A stretch of 64,000 nt of DNA, taken from contig CAVQXP010000004.1 of assembly GCA_963717935.1 (NCBI GenBank), positions 726,423-790,422 on the forward strand, written 5' to 3'. Below, piece by piece: positions 21,634-32,613 of the stretch. Within the stretch, counting starts at the first letter, position 1; the number at the start of each line of letters is the position of its first letter. A program made the position numbers and the translations under genes. Source of the DNA: Candidatus Eiseniibacteriota bacterium (GTDB lineage Bacteria; Eisenbacteria; RBG-16-71-46). The notes beneath the pieces were generated by a model, which saw only the letters and a list, made by a program, of their open reading frames with translations, ran no database searches and was not told the origin of the DNA.

Positions 21634-23702
<2,069 letters not shown>

Positions 23703-23706
<4 letters not shown>

Positions 23707-24282
23707 GATCCAGCCTCCTCGAGCACGCCGACGTAGGGCAGGTTCCGGTACCGCTCGACGTCGTCCATCCCATAGCCGACCACGAACTCCTTGCCGATCT
23801 TCCAGCCCGAGTAGTCCACGGGTACCTGGATCCTGCGGCAAGGCACCTTGTCGAGCAAGGTCGCGACCCGCAGGCTCGCGGGGCGCCGCCGCTTCAGCAC
23901 GTCGAGCAGGAACGATACGCTCAGGCCGGAGTCCACCACGCCCTCGCAGAGCACCACGTGGCGGTCCGCGACGTCCTCGCGCAGGTCCATCAGCAGGCGC
24001 ACGTTGCCGCTCGACGTCTTTCCGGCGCCGTAGGACGAGACCGAGACGAAGTCGAGGTCCAGGTCGATGGGCGTGGCGCGCGCCAGGTCGCACTGGAACA
24101 TGCAGGCGCCCTTCAGCACCCCGACGAACAGCGGACGTTTGTCCTCGTAGTCGCGCGCCAGCTCCAGTCCGAGCTCGCGCAGGCGCCGGGCGATCTGCTC
24201 GGCGCGTGAACATGACCCGCATGACGGGACCCGTACCCGGGACGATGGCTTCGGCGTGGTCGGCTGGCTGGCTCTCAGTCAT
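23703..24282 (-). CDS. hpt: Hypoxanthine-guanine phosphoribosyltransferase, with one frame break near 24200
   Basis: VLCEGVVDSGLSVSFLLDVL PRPP motif and FVVGYGMDDVERYRNLPYVGVL at the C-terminus. The N-terminal part ...QIARRLRELGLELARDYEDKRPLFVGVLKGA is in an adjacent frame. Confidence 0.75.
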
Positions 24283-25653
24283 GGCGCTCCGCGTGGACCC
24301 AGAGGGCCCTCCGGGTGCCGGCGGTCACCGGCGCGCGCGCCGCGCGGCGCACGCCCACCACCCAGAGGATCCCCCCGGCGTCGGCTAGGACCGTGGGGTA
24401 CTTGCGAATGTCGTTCGAGACTCTCTGCTTGCTCAAAAACCGTCCGAGGTGCGCCGCGCGGGTCCGTCCGAATGGTACGAACCGTTCGTCGGCCCGTGCC
24501 CGCCGCACCACCAGCGGCCCAGCGAGGTCATCGGCGGCGAAGAACTCGCCCGTGCCGGAGCCCGTTGCCATGCGCCGCCGCGCCACCGCTCCGGTGGTCC
24601 AGCGCGCCGCGAGGCGCGCCCCCTCCCACTCGAGCCGGCCCGGAAGCCGGAGACGCGCCTGCGCGAGGCGCCGCTTCGGAGCCCCGCTGCGGAGGCGGAT
24701 GACGTCCCGGTCGCGCTCTGCCGACCAGCCCCCGGGAAGGTGGATAATGGCTCCCCCGCGCGCCCTGTCAATCAGCCCGTCGAGCGCGGCCAGATGCCGG
24801 CGCGTCAGGCCGGTCGCGTGCGGCCCTGTCCGCTGCCACAATCCGGCCGAGGACGGTCAGTCTCAACCCGGTGGGAAGGGTCGCCAGGCGGCGGGCTTCG
24901 AGGGTGGCCATCCCGGGTTGGATGCGGCCCGCCCGGCCGAGGACGCGCCCGGCGAGGGCCTCCAGCGCCCGGGCCGCGACGAGGGTCCCGGCCGCAGCCC
25001 GGGCGGCCCGCCTCGCCAGGAGCGCCCGCCCGCGGGTCGGGTCGAGGCCCGGCAGCAGCGCCCGCGTCAGCGCGGGGACCGCCTCGTGGCGCACGCGGCT
25101 GCGGGTGTAGCGCGGGTCGCGGTTCGAGCGATCCTCGCGCCAGGTCTGGCCGGCCCGGACCAGGTCGGCCTCGATCTCGGCCCGCGTGGCGCCGAGGAGC
25201 GGCTTGAGCCAGAGCATGCGTTCGCCCGGTCCGTCTCCCGTGGCAAGCGCCGGCCTCATGCCCGGCAGCCCGCTGAGCCCGGTGCCGCGGGCGAGACGCA
25301 TGAGCAGCGTCTCGAGTTGGTCGTCGGCCGTGTGGGCCGTGACGATGGCGCATGCCCCCGCGCGCCGCGCGGCGGCAAGCAGGAACTCCCGCCGCAGCGC
25401 GCGCAGGCCGGCCTGGCCGGAGAGCCCACGGCGGCGCAGGCGCGCACGGGTGTCCCAGCGCGCCGCGATGAGCGGCACTCCCAGGCGTGCTGCAGAGCCC
25501 GTGCACGAATTCGAGGTCCGCGTCGGCCTCGGCCCCGCGCAGGCCATGGTGCAGGTGCGCGGCGTGCAACCGCAGGCCCAGGACGCAGGACAGGCGGGCC
25601 ATGCCGATGAGGAGGGCGGTCGAGTCCGCGCCACCGCTCACCGCGACGAGCAT
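24275..25653 (-). CDS. tilS: tRNA(Ile)-lysidine synthetase, with at least two frame breaks
   Basis: PP-loop LVAVSGGADSTALL at the N-terminus. TAHTADDQLETLLMRLARGTG in the middle. C-terminal domain ...DRDVIRL. tilS-hpt-ftsH is a conserved gene order in many bacteria. Confidence 0.7.
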
Positions 25654-25754
25654 GGGTGCCCCGGCGCTCCGGGCCGGCGCGCCGGGAGCGCACGCAGGGC
25701 GCGGCGCAGGACGGGCTCGACCCGGCGCAGGCGCACAGTGGGGCGTGAAGGGTG

Positions 25755-25830
25755 TGGTGGCGGCGCAGGGACTCGAACCCCGGACACAGAGATTATGATT
25801 CTCCTGCTCTACCAGCTGAGCTACGCCGCC
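25755..25830 (-). tRNA. tRNA with CAU anticodon (elongator tRNA-Met most likely), 76 nt with encoded CCA
   Basis: Reverse complement: GGCGGCGTAGCTCAGCTGGTAGAGCAGGAGAATCATAATCTCTGTGTCCGGGGTTCGAGTCCCTGCGCCGCCACCA. Clean cloverleaf. Paired 1:72, so not an initiator tRNA. Confidence 0.85.
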
Positions 25831-25954
25831 ATTAAGACGGGGTCTTCCGGGCGGAAGACGAGCGGAGAGACGTTAGGGTCCGTGCGGCGGGAAGTCAAGG
25901 CAGTCGCCGCGCCGCAAGCCGTGCGGGCGCTGCCGGTTCGGTGCTCCGGTTCCC

Positions 25955-26731
25955 CTACCCGCAGTACTCCTTCGGGCCCTGCTCGAGCATCCAGCGCCAC
26001 ACGGTCCGCATCGTCAGCAGGTCGTCGGCGTTGGAGCCCGCGACTTCCCGCAGGATGCGCTCGCGTTCGGCGGGGTCGTTGCTCGCCCGCGCCCTCCGGT
26101 ACTGGACGATGGACCAGGCCGGGCCCGAATCCGGGTTCTGCCGGCGGAAGCCCGCATGGCCGGCCATCCGCCGGATCGAGCAGGAGTCGGGCGACAGCCG
26201 CACGGCGCGCCGCACGCCCCGGGAGAGCAGCTCGAAGAGCGCCTCCTCCAGACGCTCGAGGAAGCCGGCTGGCGTGTCGCAGGCGGCGGCGTATGCCCGC
26301 AGCCAGGCCTTCTCGCGGGACGAGCCGTGCACCCAGCGCGCGTCGGGGAACCCCTCGAGGATCTGGCCAGCGCGCGCGACGAAGCGCCCCCACGCCCGCC
26401 TGCCGCCACGGTCCTCGAAATCGGCGGTGATGGCTTCGGGCCTGGGCGCGTGCCTGCCGTCGTCCACGGCAAGCCCCCAGAGGTGGATCGCGCGGTCCGC
26501 CTGCCCGCCCTCGTGGCCCCCGTCGAGGGCGAGCCACACGACCGGCCAGGGGGGCAACTGCGGTGGCGAGATCCAGACCCGATCCGGTCCGGGCCGCGCG
26601 AGCCACGGATGCCGCTCGCGCGCGTCGAGCGGGGGGAACGTGCCGGCCGGGACGCGGCCGCCGGGGGGTGGTTCGGGGGTCCCTGGTGGTTCGAGCAAAG
26701 GCGTGGTGGGATCGGGCGTGGCGCTCATCAT
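25955..26731 (-). CDS. YprB/RNase_H_2-fold paralog with the catalytic acidic residues replaced (probable inactive exonuclease-like protein)
   Basis: It aligns by eye to the exonuclease at 2400-3010. WLALDGGHEG matches FLDLETCGL. IHLWGLAVDDGR matches VFLAGTMHWNGED. The C-terminal ILREVAGSNADDLLTMRTVWRWM matches HNLLDVITMSDILRAL. Confidence 0.5.
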   Translation of the reverse strand: MMSATPDPTTPLLEPPGTPEPPPGGRVPAGTFPPLDARERHPWLARPGPDRVWISPPQLPPWPVVWLALDGGHEGGQADRAIHLWGLAVDDGRHAPRPEAITADFEDRGGRRAWGRFVARAGQILEGFPDARWVHGSSREKAWLRAYAAACDTPAGFLERLEEALFELLSRGVRRAVRLSPDSCSIRRMAGHAGFRRQNPDSGPAWSIVQYRRARASNDPAERERILREVAGSNADDLLTMRTVWRWMLEQGPKEYCG

Positions 26732-27081
26732 GAAGGTGCACGATTACCCGGTGGGGCCGGCTCGTCAACCCCACGGCTCGCGCTCGAAGGCGCGACGCCC
26801 CAGGCCCGCGCTGCGGTCCCTGCGCCGCCGGGGACCCGGGTGGATCCCGTTCGTGGCCCATCCTCCCGCGTCCGTCCGCGACCTTGCCGGATCCGGCCGC
26901 CAGGAGGGGCAAGATCCCTCGCACGAGTCCACGCTGTCCCTGATCGTGGCCTCGTCTCCGGCCCGGCGGACCCCCGGGTCCGTGCCGGGAACCTGCCGCT
27001 GGTGGTTGAGGGACTGCCTCGGCAGGAGGGCCGGTAAGGCGAGGTTCGGTACTGCTGCGCCGATTCACATCCGCGGCGGAG

Positions 27082-27891
27082 GTGACGATGAAGATGCCCC
27101 GGCTTCTCATCGGGCTGATGCTCGCCCTGCTGCTCCTGGCGCCGATCCCGTCCGGAGCGGTGGCGGCGAAGCGACCGGTCCACGCGGCGCGCGACACCGC
27201 GATGGTGCTCATCCCTGCCGGTGAGTTCGTGATGGGCCGCGAGGGGACCGGGGACAACAGCCCGGCGCACGCGGTGCGCATCCGAGCCTTCAGCCTCGAC
27301 CGTTGCGAGGTGACGAATGCGGAGTACGCGGCGTTCTGCCAGGCCACCGGCAGATCGCTCCCGTTCTTCTGGGGCCTCGACCGCTTCCGCTCGGGACCGA
27401 AATACCCGGACCACCCGGTGATCGGCGTGAACTCGGGCGATGCGCGGGAGTACGCGGAATGGCGCGGGAAGAGGCTCCCCACCGAGGCCGAATGGGAGTA
27501 CGCCGCGCGCGGGGGGCTTGCGGGGATGAGATACGTGAACGGCAACACGCTGGATTCGTCGAAGGTGAACTTCACACGCTCGCAACGGAACGGCCCGGTT
27601 GCGGTCGGCTCCTACGAGTCCAACGGCTATGGGCTCTACGACATGGCGGGCAACGTCCAGGAATGGGTCGCCGACCGGTACGGCGCCGAGTACTACAAGA
27701 CCAGTCCGGCCGAAGATCCGCAGGGACCGGAGAAGGGCCGGCTCCGCGTGATCCGCGGCGGTGGCTGGTTCACCGGGCCGATGTGCATGGACGTGGACAT
27801 CCGCTACGCGCTGCACTCGAACTGGGTGGACTTCAACGTCGGTTTCCGCTGCGCGAGGGACGCGGAGCCAGGGCCGACGCAGCCGAAGTAG
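27082..27891 (+). CDS. Secreted formylglycine-generating-enzyme (SUMF1/FGE) family protein
   Basis: Signal peptide. RLPTEAEWEYAARGG...YGLYDMAGNVQEWV...RVIRGGGW FGE-sulfatase domain signatures. Confidence 0.75.
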   Translation: MTMKMPRLLIGLMLALLLLAPIPSGAVAAKRPVHAARDTAMVLIPAGEFVMGREGTGDNSPAHAVRIRAFSLDRCEVTNAEYAAFCQATGRSLPFFWGLDRFRSGPKYPDHPVIGVNSGDAREYAEWRGKRLPTEAEWEYAARGGLAGMRYVNGNTLDSSKVNFTRSQRNGPVAVGSYESNGYGLYDMAGNVQEWVADRYGAEYYKTSPAEDPQGPEKGRLRVIRGGGWFTGPMCMDVDIRYALHSNWVDFNVGFRCARDAEPGPTQPK

Positions 27892-27965
27892 GACCGGCGG
27901 GACACGGGCTTCGCCTCATCCGTCCCATCAGCCGGACTGCCGCGCCCGGTCCGATCTGCCTCGCC

Positions 27966-28784
27966 CTACTCGGCCGTCCCCGCGGCCGCCTCGCCGTCCG
28001 CCAGGGGCGCGGACGGTGACACCTCCTCCTCGGGACGCAGGTGGAAGATGCGAGACAGTTCGCTGCGCAGCGCACCACTGTCGAGGTGCTGCTTGAGCGT
28101 CCCGCGGTAGGCGACCGAGATGCCGCCGCTCTCCTCGCTCACCACGACGATGGCGGCATCGGACTCCTCGGAGAGGCCCAGGGCCGCGCGATGCCGCGTG
28201 CCGAGGGCGAACGCCAGCTTGAGGTCGGACGAGAGCGGCAGGATGCAGGAGGCCGCGACCACCGCGTCCTCGCGCAGGATGACCGCGCCGTCGTGGAGCG
28301 GCGAGCCGGGCGAGAACAGCGTCACCAGCAGCTCGGCCGTGACCTTGGCGTCCAGCCGCGTGCCGGTCTCGACGAAGTTCCTCAGGCCGGTGTTGCGTTC
28401 GATCACCATGAGCGCCCCCTGGCGCTTCTCGCCCAGGGTCTCGGCCGCTCGCACCACCTCGCCCAGGACGCCGTAGGAGTCGCCGCGCAGGAACGAGCGG
28501 AAGTAGCGCGTGCGCCCGAACTGGGCGAGCACGTGCCGCAGCTCGGGCTGGAAGAGGATGACGAAGGCGATCAGCCAGATGGTCTTGACGCTGTCCACGA
28601 TCCACTTGACCGCGATCAGGTCGAAGGCGCGGGCGAACAGCCCCACGAGCACGATGAGCAGCAGCCCGACGTACATCTGTCCGGAGCGCGTGCCCTTCAC
28701 CAGCACGAGGAGCCGGTAGAAGAGCAGCGCGACGAGGAAGATGTCGAGCAGGTCGAGCAGCCAGATCTGGTGAACGGGCGTCAT
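27966..28784 (-). CDS. cdaA: Diadenylate cyclase CdaA (c-di-AMP synthase)
   Basis: N-terminal transmembrane helices. DAC domain GALMVIER...DGAVIL...LGTRHRAALGLSEESDAAIVVVSEESGGIS. Confidence 0.85.
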   Translation of the reverse strand: MTPVHQIWLLDLLDIFLVALLFYRLLVLVKGTRSGQMYVGLLLIVLVGLFARAFDLIAVKWIVDSVKTIWLIAFVILFQPELRHVLAQFGRTRYFRSFLRGDSYGVLGEVVRAAETLGEKRQGALMVIERNTGLRNFVETGTRLDAKVTAELLVTLFSPGSPLHDGAVILREDAVVAASCILPLSSDLKLAFALGTRHRAALGLSEESDAAIVVVSEESGGISVAYRGTLKQHLDSGALRSELSRIFHLRPEEEVSPSAPLADGEAAAGTAE

Positions 28785-28842
28785 GGTCGGGTCTCTCGAG
28801 TCACGTTCCGGGAGCGAGAGTAGCAGAAGCGCACGGGCGCGC

Positions 28843-29703
28843 CTACGGTCTCCGTGCCTCGCGCAGCGCGTCGGCGATGCGCACCGCCCGCACCGTGGCT
28901 GCCACGTCGTGCGTGCGCACGATGCGCGCGCCGAGGAACACGGCGACGGCGCTGGCGGCGAGCCCGCCCTCGAGCCGCTGGTCCACGGGCAGATCGAGGG
29001 TCTTCCCGAGGAAGCTCTTGCGCGAGACCCCGATCATCAGGGGGCGGCCGAGGGCTTCCAACTCCTCGAGCCGGGCGAGCAGCTCGAAGTTGTGCCGCGC
29101 GGTCTTGCCGAAGCCGATGCCGGGATCGAGCACGACGCGCTCGGCGGGCACTCCCGCCGCCCGCGCGGCCTCGAGCCGGGCGGCCAGGCGCTCGCGCACC
29201 TCGCGCGCCACGTCCTCGTAGCGCGGATCCCGCTGCATCGTGGCCGGCGTGCCGGCCATGTGCATCAGGACCAGGCCGGCGCCGCTGCGGGTCACGACCG
29301 CGGCCATGCCGGGGTCGGCGAGCGCGGTCACGTCGTTCACGACCCGTGCCCCCAGTTCCAGTGCGCGGTCGGCGACCTCGGCGTTCGCGGTGTCCACCGC
29401 GAGGCAGGCGCGGGGGTCGGCGGCGAGGGCCTCGAGCACGGGTGCCAGCCGCCGGATCTGCTCGGCCGTGGTCACGGGCGCGGCCCCGGGGCGGGTGCTC
29501 TCGGCCCCCAGATCGAGCAGGTCTGCGCCCTCGGCCAGCAACTGGCGGGCGTGGGCGACGGCCGCCCCGGGGGCGAAGAAGCGCCCGCCGTCCGAGAACG
29601 AGTCGGGCGTCACGTTGACCACGCCCATGACGAGCGTGTGCGCGGACAGGTCGAAGACCCGGTCCCGGCAGCGCCAGATCAGCCTGGGCCCTTCTGGGGA
29701 CAT
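28843..29703 (-). CDS. folP: Dihydropteroate synthase
   Basis: VMGVVNVTPDSFSDGG...GADLLDLGAESTRPG...VLDPGIGFGKT pterin-binding signatures. Confidence 0.85.
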   Translation of the reverse strand: MSPEGPRLIWRCRDRVFDLSAHTLVMGVVNVTPDSFSDGGRFFAPGAAVAHARQLLAEGADLLDLGAESTRPGAAPVTTAEQIRRLAPVLEALAADPRACLAVDTANAEVADRALELGARVVNDVTALADPGMAAVVTRSGAGLVLMHMAGTPATMQRDPRYEDVAREVRERLAARLEAARAAGVPAERVVLDPGIGFGKTARHNFELLARLEELEALGRPLMIGVSRKSFLGKTLDLPVDQRLEGGLAASAVAVFLGARIVRTHDVAATVRAVRIADALREARRP

Positions 29704-29858
29704 CCTTTCCTCCTCGTCGGGCGGTGTTGCCGGGGGCCGGCCCGTGGCCCCGGCCCGCGTTGACCTGCGGGGGGCCGGATGGTAGCACTTACCGGACTCT
29801 GTCCGGGCGTTTTCGACCCGGGCTGATGCTGTCCGTCCCTTCGAGGAGGTCGTACCTC

Positions 29859-31341
29859 ATGAGTGGGTCCAAGCGCGCGCTCCTTGTCATCGTCTTCGCG
29901 GCCCTGTGCGCCGCCCCGGCCACCGCCCAGATCGTCGGGCACCCGTTCGAGTTCTCGGGCGGAGCGGGCTACTTCCACTACGACGCGCGCGCCCGGATGA
30001 CGGACGGCCCGGCCTACACGGGCTCGCTCGGCTGGCGGGCCATGCCGTGGCTGTCTCTGGAGGGGCAGGCGACCTTCGGGCCGACGACGGCGGACTCGGT
30101 CTCCTACGACCTCAAGCACAACTTCTCCTACGCGGGCCTCGACGCCCGCTGGGACCTGCGCCCGGCGGACGGGCGCATCGTGCCCTTCCTCCTGACGGGG
30201 TGCGGCTATGGCCTGAGCCACACCACGAGCGCGCTGCCGGAGAAACTCGACCGTGGCGCGGGCAACGTGGGCCTGGGCGTGCTGTGGACGCTGGGCGCCT
30301 CGCAGCGGACGTTCCTGCGGCTGCAGGTGCGCGACTACTTCTTCCGCGAGCGTGAGTCCCTGGAGTTCTCGAACCACGTCGCGGCGACCCTGGGCCTCAC
30401 GTACGTGTGGCGGCGGCAAGGAACGCGACCAGGACCTCGACGGCGTGCGCAACTGGCTCGACAAGTGCGTGAACACGCCGATCGGCGCCAGGGTGGACAA
30501 GTCCGGCTGCCCGCTGGATGGTGACGGCGACGGGGTCTTCGACGGCCTCGACAAGTGCCCGGACACGCCGAAGGGCTGCAAGGTGGACAAGACCGGCTGC
30601 CAGACGGACGCCGACGGCGACGGCGTGTGCGACGGCCTCGACCAGTGTCCCGACACGCCCAGGGGCGCCACGGTGGACGCGAGGGGTTGCCCGAGCGATC
30701 CCGATGGCGACGGTGTCCTGGAGGGTCTCGACAAGTGCGCGGACACGCCGGAGGGCTGTGTCGTGGACCAGGACGGCTGCCCGGTGGACGCGGACGCCGA
30801 CGGCGTGTGCGACGGCGTGGACCAGTGCGCGAACACCCCGGCCGGGCTCCAGGTGGACGAGAAGGGCTGCCCGATCGAGGTGGTCGAGCGCGAGACCGAA
30901 CTGATGGACACCGGGAAGATCCGGCTCCAGAACGTGAACTTCGAGACCGGCAAGGCCGAGTTGAAGCCCGAGTCCTTCCCCTCGTTGGATGCGGTGGGCA
31001 CGGTGCTCTCGCAGTGGCCGCAATTGAGGATCGAGATCGCGGGTCACACGGACGACGTGGGTGGCGCGGCGATGAACCGGCGGCTGTCGCAGGCACGTGC
31101 CGCCTCGGTGCTGTCGTACCTCAGCGAGAGGTACCCGGCGATCGACGGCACGCGGTTCACGGTCAGGGGCTACGGCAAGGACCGGCCCGTGGTGCCGAAC
31201 ACCAGCGACGAGAGCCGGGCGATGAACCGCCGGGTCGAGTTCACCGTGCTCAACAAGGAAATGCTGAAGAAGGAGATCGAGCGCCGGCGACTGCTGAAGG
31301 AAGGCGAGGCCACGCCGGCCGATAGCACCGTGACTCCCTAG
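29859..31341 (+). CDS. OmpA-family outer-membrane protein with an N-terminal beta-barrel, about 6 thrombospondin type-3 calcium-binding repeats, and a C-terminal OmpA peptidoglycan-binding domain; one frame break near 30410
   Basis: GAGGAGG lies before the ATG at 29859. Signal peptide ALCAAPATAQ. Repeats of the form D-x-DGDGV-x-DGLD-x-CPDTP. C-terminal NFETGKAELKP...GHTDDVG...NRRVEF. Confidence 0.75.
30450..30860 (+). repeat. Coding tandem repeats (about 6 units of about 66 nt) that encode the TSP3-like Ca-binding motifs
   Basis: The GCPxDxDGDGVxDGLDxCPDTPxG unit recurs at the protein level. This is not a CRISPR array: the units are in-frame coding sequence with no spacers. Confidence 0.6.
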
Positions 31342-31493
31342 TGGCGGGGAGCTGAAGCTCGAAACGATCGAAGCGGGGACGCCCGGTGGGCGTCCCCGCT
31401 TCGTCGTGGGCGGCCGCCGCGCGGCCGCGGCCGGATCTCGCGCTGTCGCGACGCCTGAATCGCTCCCCCGCGCGTCGCAAGGGAAGGGCCTCC

Positions 31494-31522
31494 TTGACTA
31501 TTATGGGGATATGCCCATAATG
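31494..31522 (+). promoter_or_regulatory. sigma70-like promoter (TTGACT, 16-17 nt, cATAATg) overlapping an inverted repeat, TTATGGG-N6-CCCATAA at 31501-31520, directly upstream of the DUF134 gene
   Basis: An AT-rich island in a 70% GC context. The 7-bp arms are exact. GGAGG lies 9 nt before the ATG at 31542. Confidence 0.45.
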
Positions 31523-31541
31523 ATGGCGGAGGTACTGGAGC

Positions 31542-32051
31542 ATGTCGAGGCCCCACTGCTGTCGCAGGATCTCGGGAAAGCCGGCCGCGTCGATGTTCAA
31601 GCCTGCGGGCGTTCCCGCGCGGGAGCTCGACGAGATCGTGATGACCCTCGATGAATTCGAGGCGCTTCGACTCGCCGATCTCGAAGGGCAGTACCAGGAG
31701 CAGGCCGCGGAGCGGATGGGCGTGTCGCGCTCGACCTTCGGCCGGATCGTCGACTCGGCGCACCGCAAGGTCGCCGAGGTGTTGATCGAGGGCAAGGCGC
31801 TCAGGATCGAGGGCGGACCGGTCTACACGGAGCTGCGGAATCGCTTCCGATGCCGCAGATGCGCGCTCCAGTGGACGGGCCTGGCGCAGGAGGCCGGGGA
31901 GTGCCCGCGATGTCACACGCTGGACGAGCGCCCGGAATCGGTGGACACGGAGACGGACAGCCGCCGTCCGGGAGGCCAGCGCCGGCGCATGAGCCGGGGG
32001 AACCCCAAATCCGGGAGGCTCGTGCGCTTCCCCAAGGAGAAACCACGATGA
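31542..32051 (+). CDS. DUF134 (UPF0251) predicted DNA-binding protein with a C-terminal C4 zinc ribbon
   Basis: MSRPHCCRRI...FKPAGVP...IVMTLDEFEALRLADLEGQYQEQAAERMGVSRSTFGRIVDSAHRKVAEVLIEGKALRIEGG, then CRRC...CPRC. Confidence 0.7.
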   Translation: MSRPHCCRRISGKPAASMFKPAGVPARELDEIVMTLDEFEALRLADLEGQYQEQAAERMGVSRSTFGRIVDSAHRKVAEVLIEGKALRIEGGPVYTELRNRFRCRRCALQWTGLAQEAGECPRCHTLDERPESVDTETDSRRPGGQRRRMSRGNPKSGRLVRFPKEKPR

Positions 32052-32476
32052 TCATCTGTGTTCCCGTCACCGAGGACAAGGGGCTCGAGAGCAACGTCAG
32101 TGCGCACTTCGGTTCGGCTCCGCTCTTCCTGCTCGTCGACACCGGGGACGGAGCCTGCCGGGCGATCGCGAACCGCAATCTCCATCACGGTCACGGGATG
32201 TGCCAGCCGCTGCTGTCGCTCAGAGGCGAAGCGATCGACGGCGTGGTCGTCGGGGGGATCGGGAGGGGCGCCCTCGACAAGTTCCAGGCCGCGAACATCC
32301 ATGTCTACCTCTCGGAGTCGCCGACGGTCGAGGCGACCGTGACGGCCTTCAAGGCCGGCTCCCTGCGGGAAGTGACGCCCGCGGACGCCTGCGGACACCA
32401 TGGCCATGGTCCGCAGGGTCACGGAGCCGGCGGTCGGCACGGCCTCGGCTGCGGCCCCAAAGACCCGTCGCGGTGA
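32048..32476 (+). CDS. NifX/NifB-type dinitrogenase FeMo-cofactor-binding-fold protein with a His-rich tail
   Basis: MIICVPVTEDKGLESNVSAHFGSAPLFLLVD...GIGRGALDKFQAANIHVY. ATGA overlap with the DUF134 gene. Tail CGHHGHGPQGHG. Confidence 0.65.
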   Translation: MIICVPVTEDKGLESNVSAHFGSAPLFLLVDTGDGACRAIANRNLHHGHGMCQPLLSLRGEAIDGVVVGGIGRGALDKFQAANIHVYLSESPTVEATVTAFKAGSLREVTPADACGHHGHGPQGHGAGGRHGLGCGPKDPSR

Positions 32477-32565
32477 ATCCGTACGATCCCTGAGCGCCAC
32501 CGCGGCGCTTCAGGGGGCCGGCGGAGCGTGGACGGCCGCGCCCAGTGGTGACGAAGGCAGCGAGA

Positions 32566-32591
32566 GAGGGGGCGGCCGGAGCCGCCCCCTC
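32566..32591. terminator. Perfect 11-bp GC hairpin GAGGGGGCGGC-cgga-GCCGCCCCCTC between convergent genes; likely a bidirectional terminator
   Basis: Lies between the NifX-like stop (32476) and the peroxiredoxin stop (32614). Confidence 0.4.
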
Positions 32592-32613
32592 CTTCGCAAG
32601 TTGCCGCGCCCGA

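Noticed and set aside
25755-25830. Assignment of the CAU tRNA as the TilS substrate tRNA-Ile2
   Set aside because: Acceptor-stem pairs 4:69 and 5:68 and pair 29:41 do not match the E. coli TilS identity set. It is kept as tRNA-Met, with the caveat that identity rules vary between phyla.
25755-25955. A tRNA-associated integration site or mobile element
   Set aside because: There is no integrase, transposase, direct repeat of the tRNA 3' end, or compositional shift. Flanking genes are conserved housekeeping genes.
30450-30860. Possible CRISPR-like periodicity
   Set aside because: The periodicity comes from in-frame TSP3 coding repeats of about 66 nt without unique spacers. No cas genes are present.
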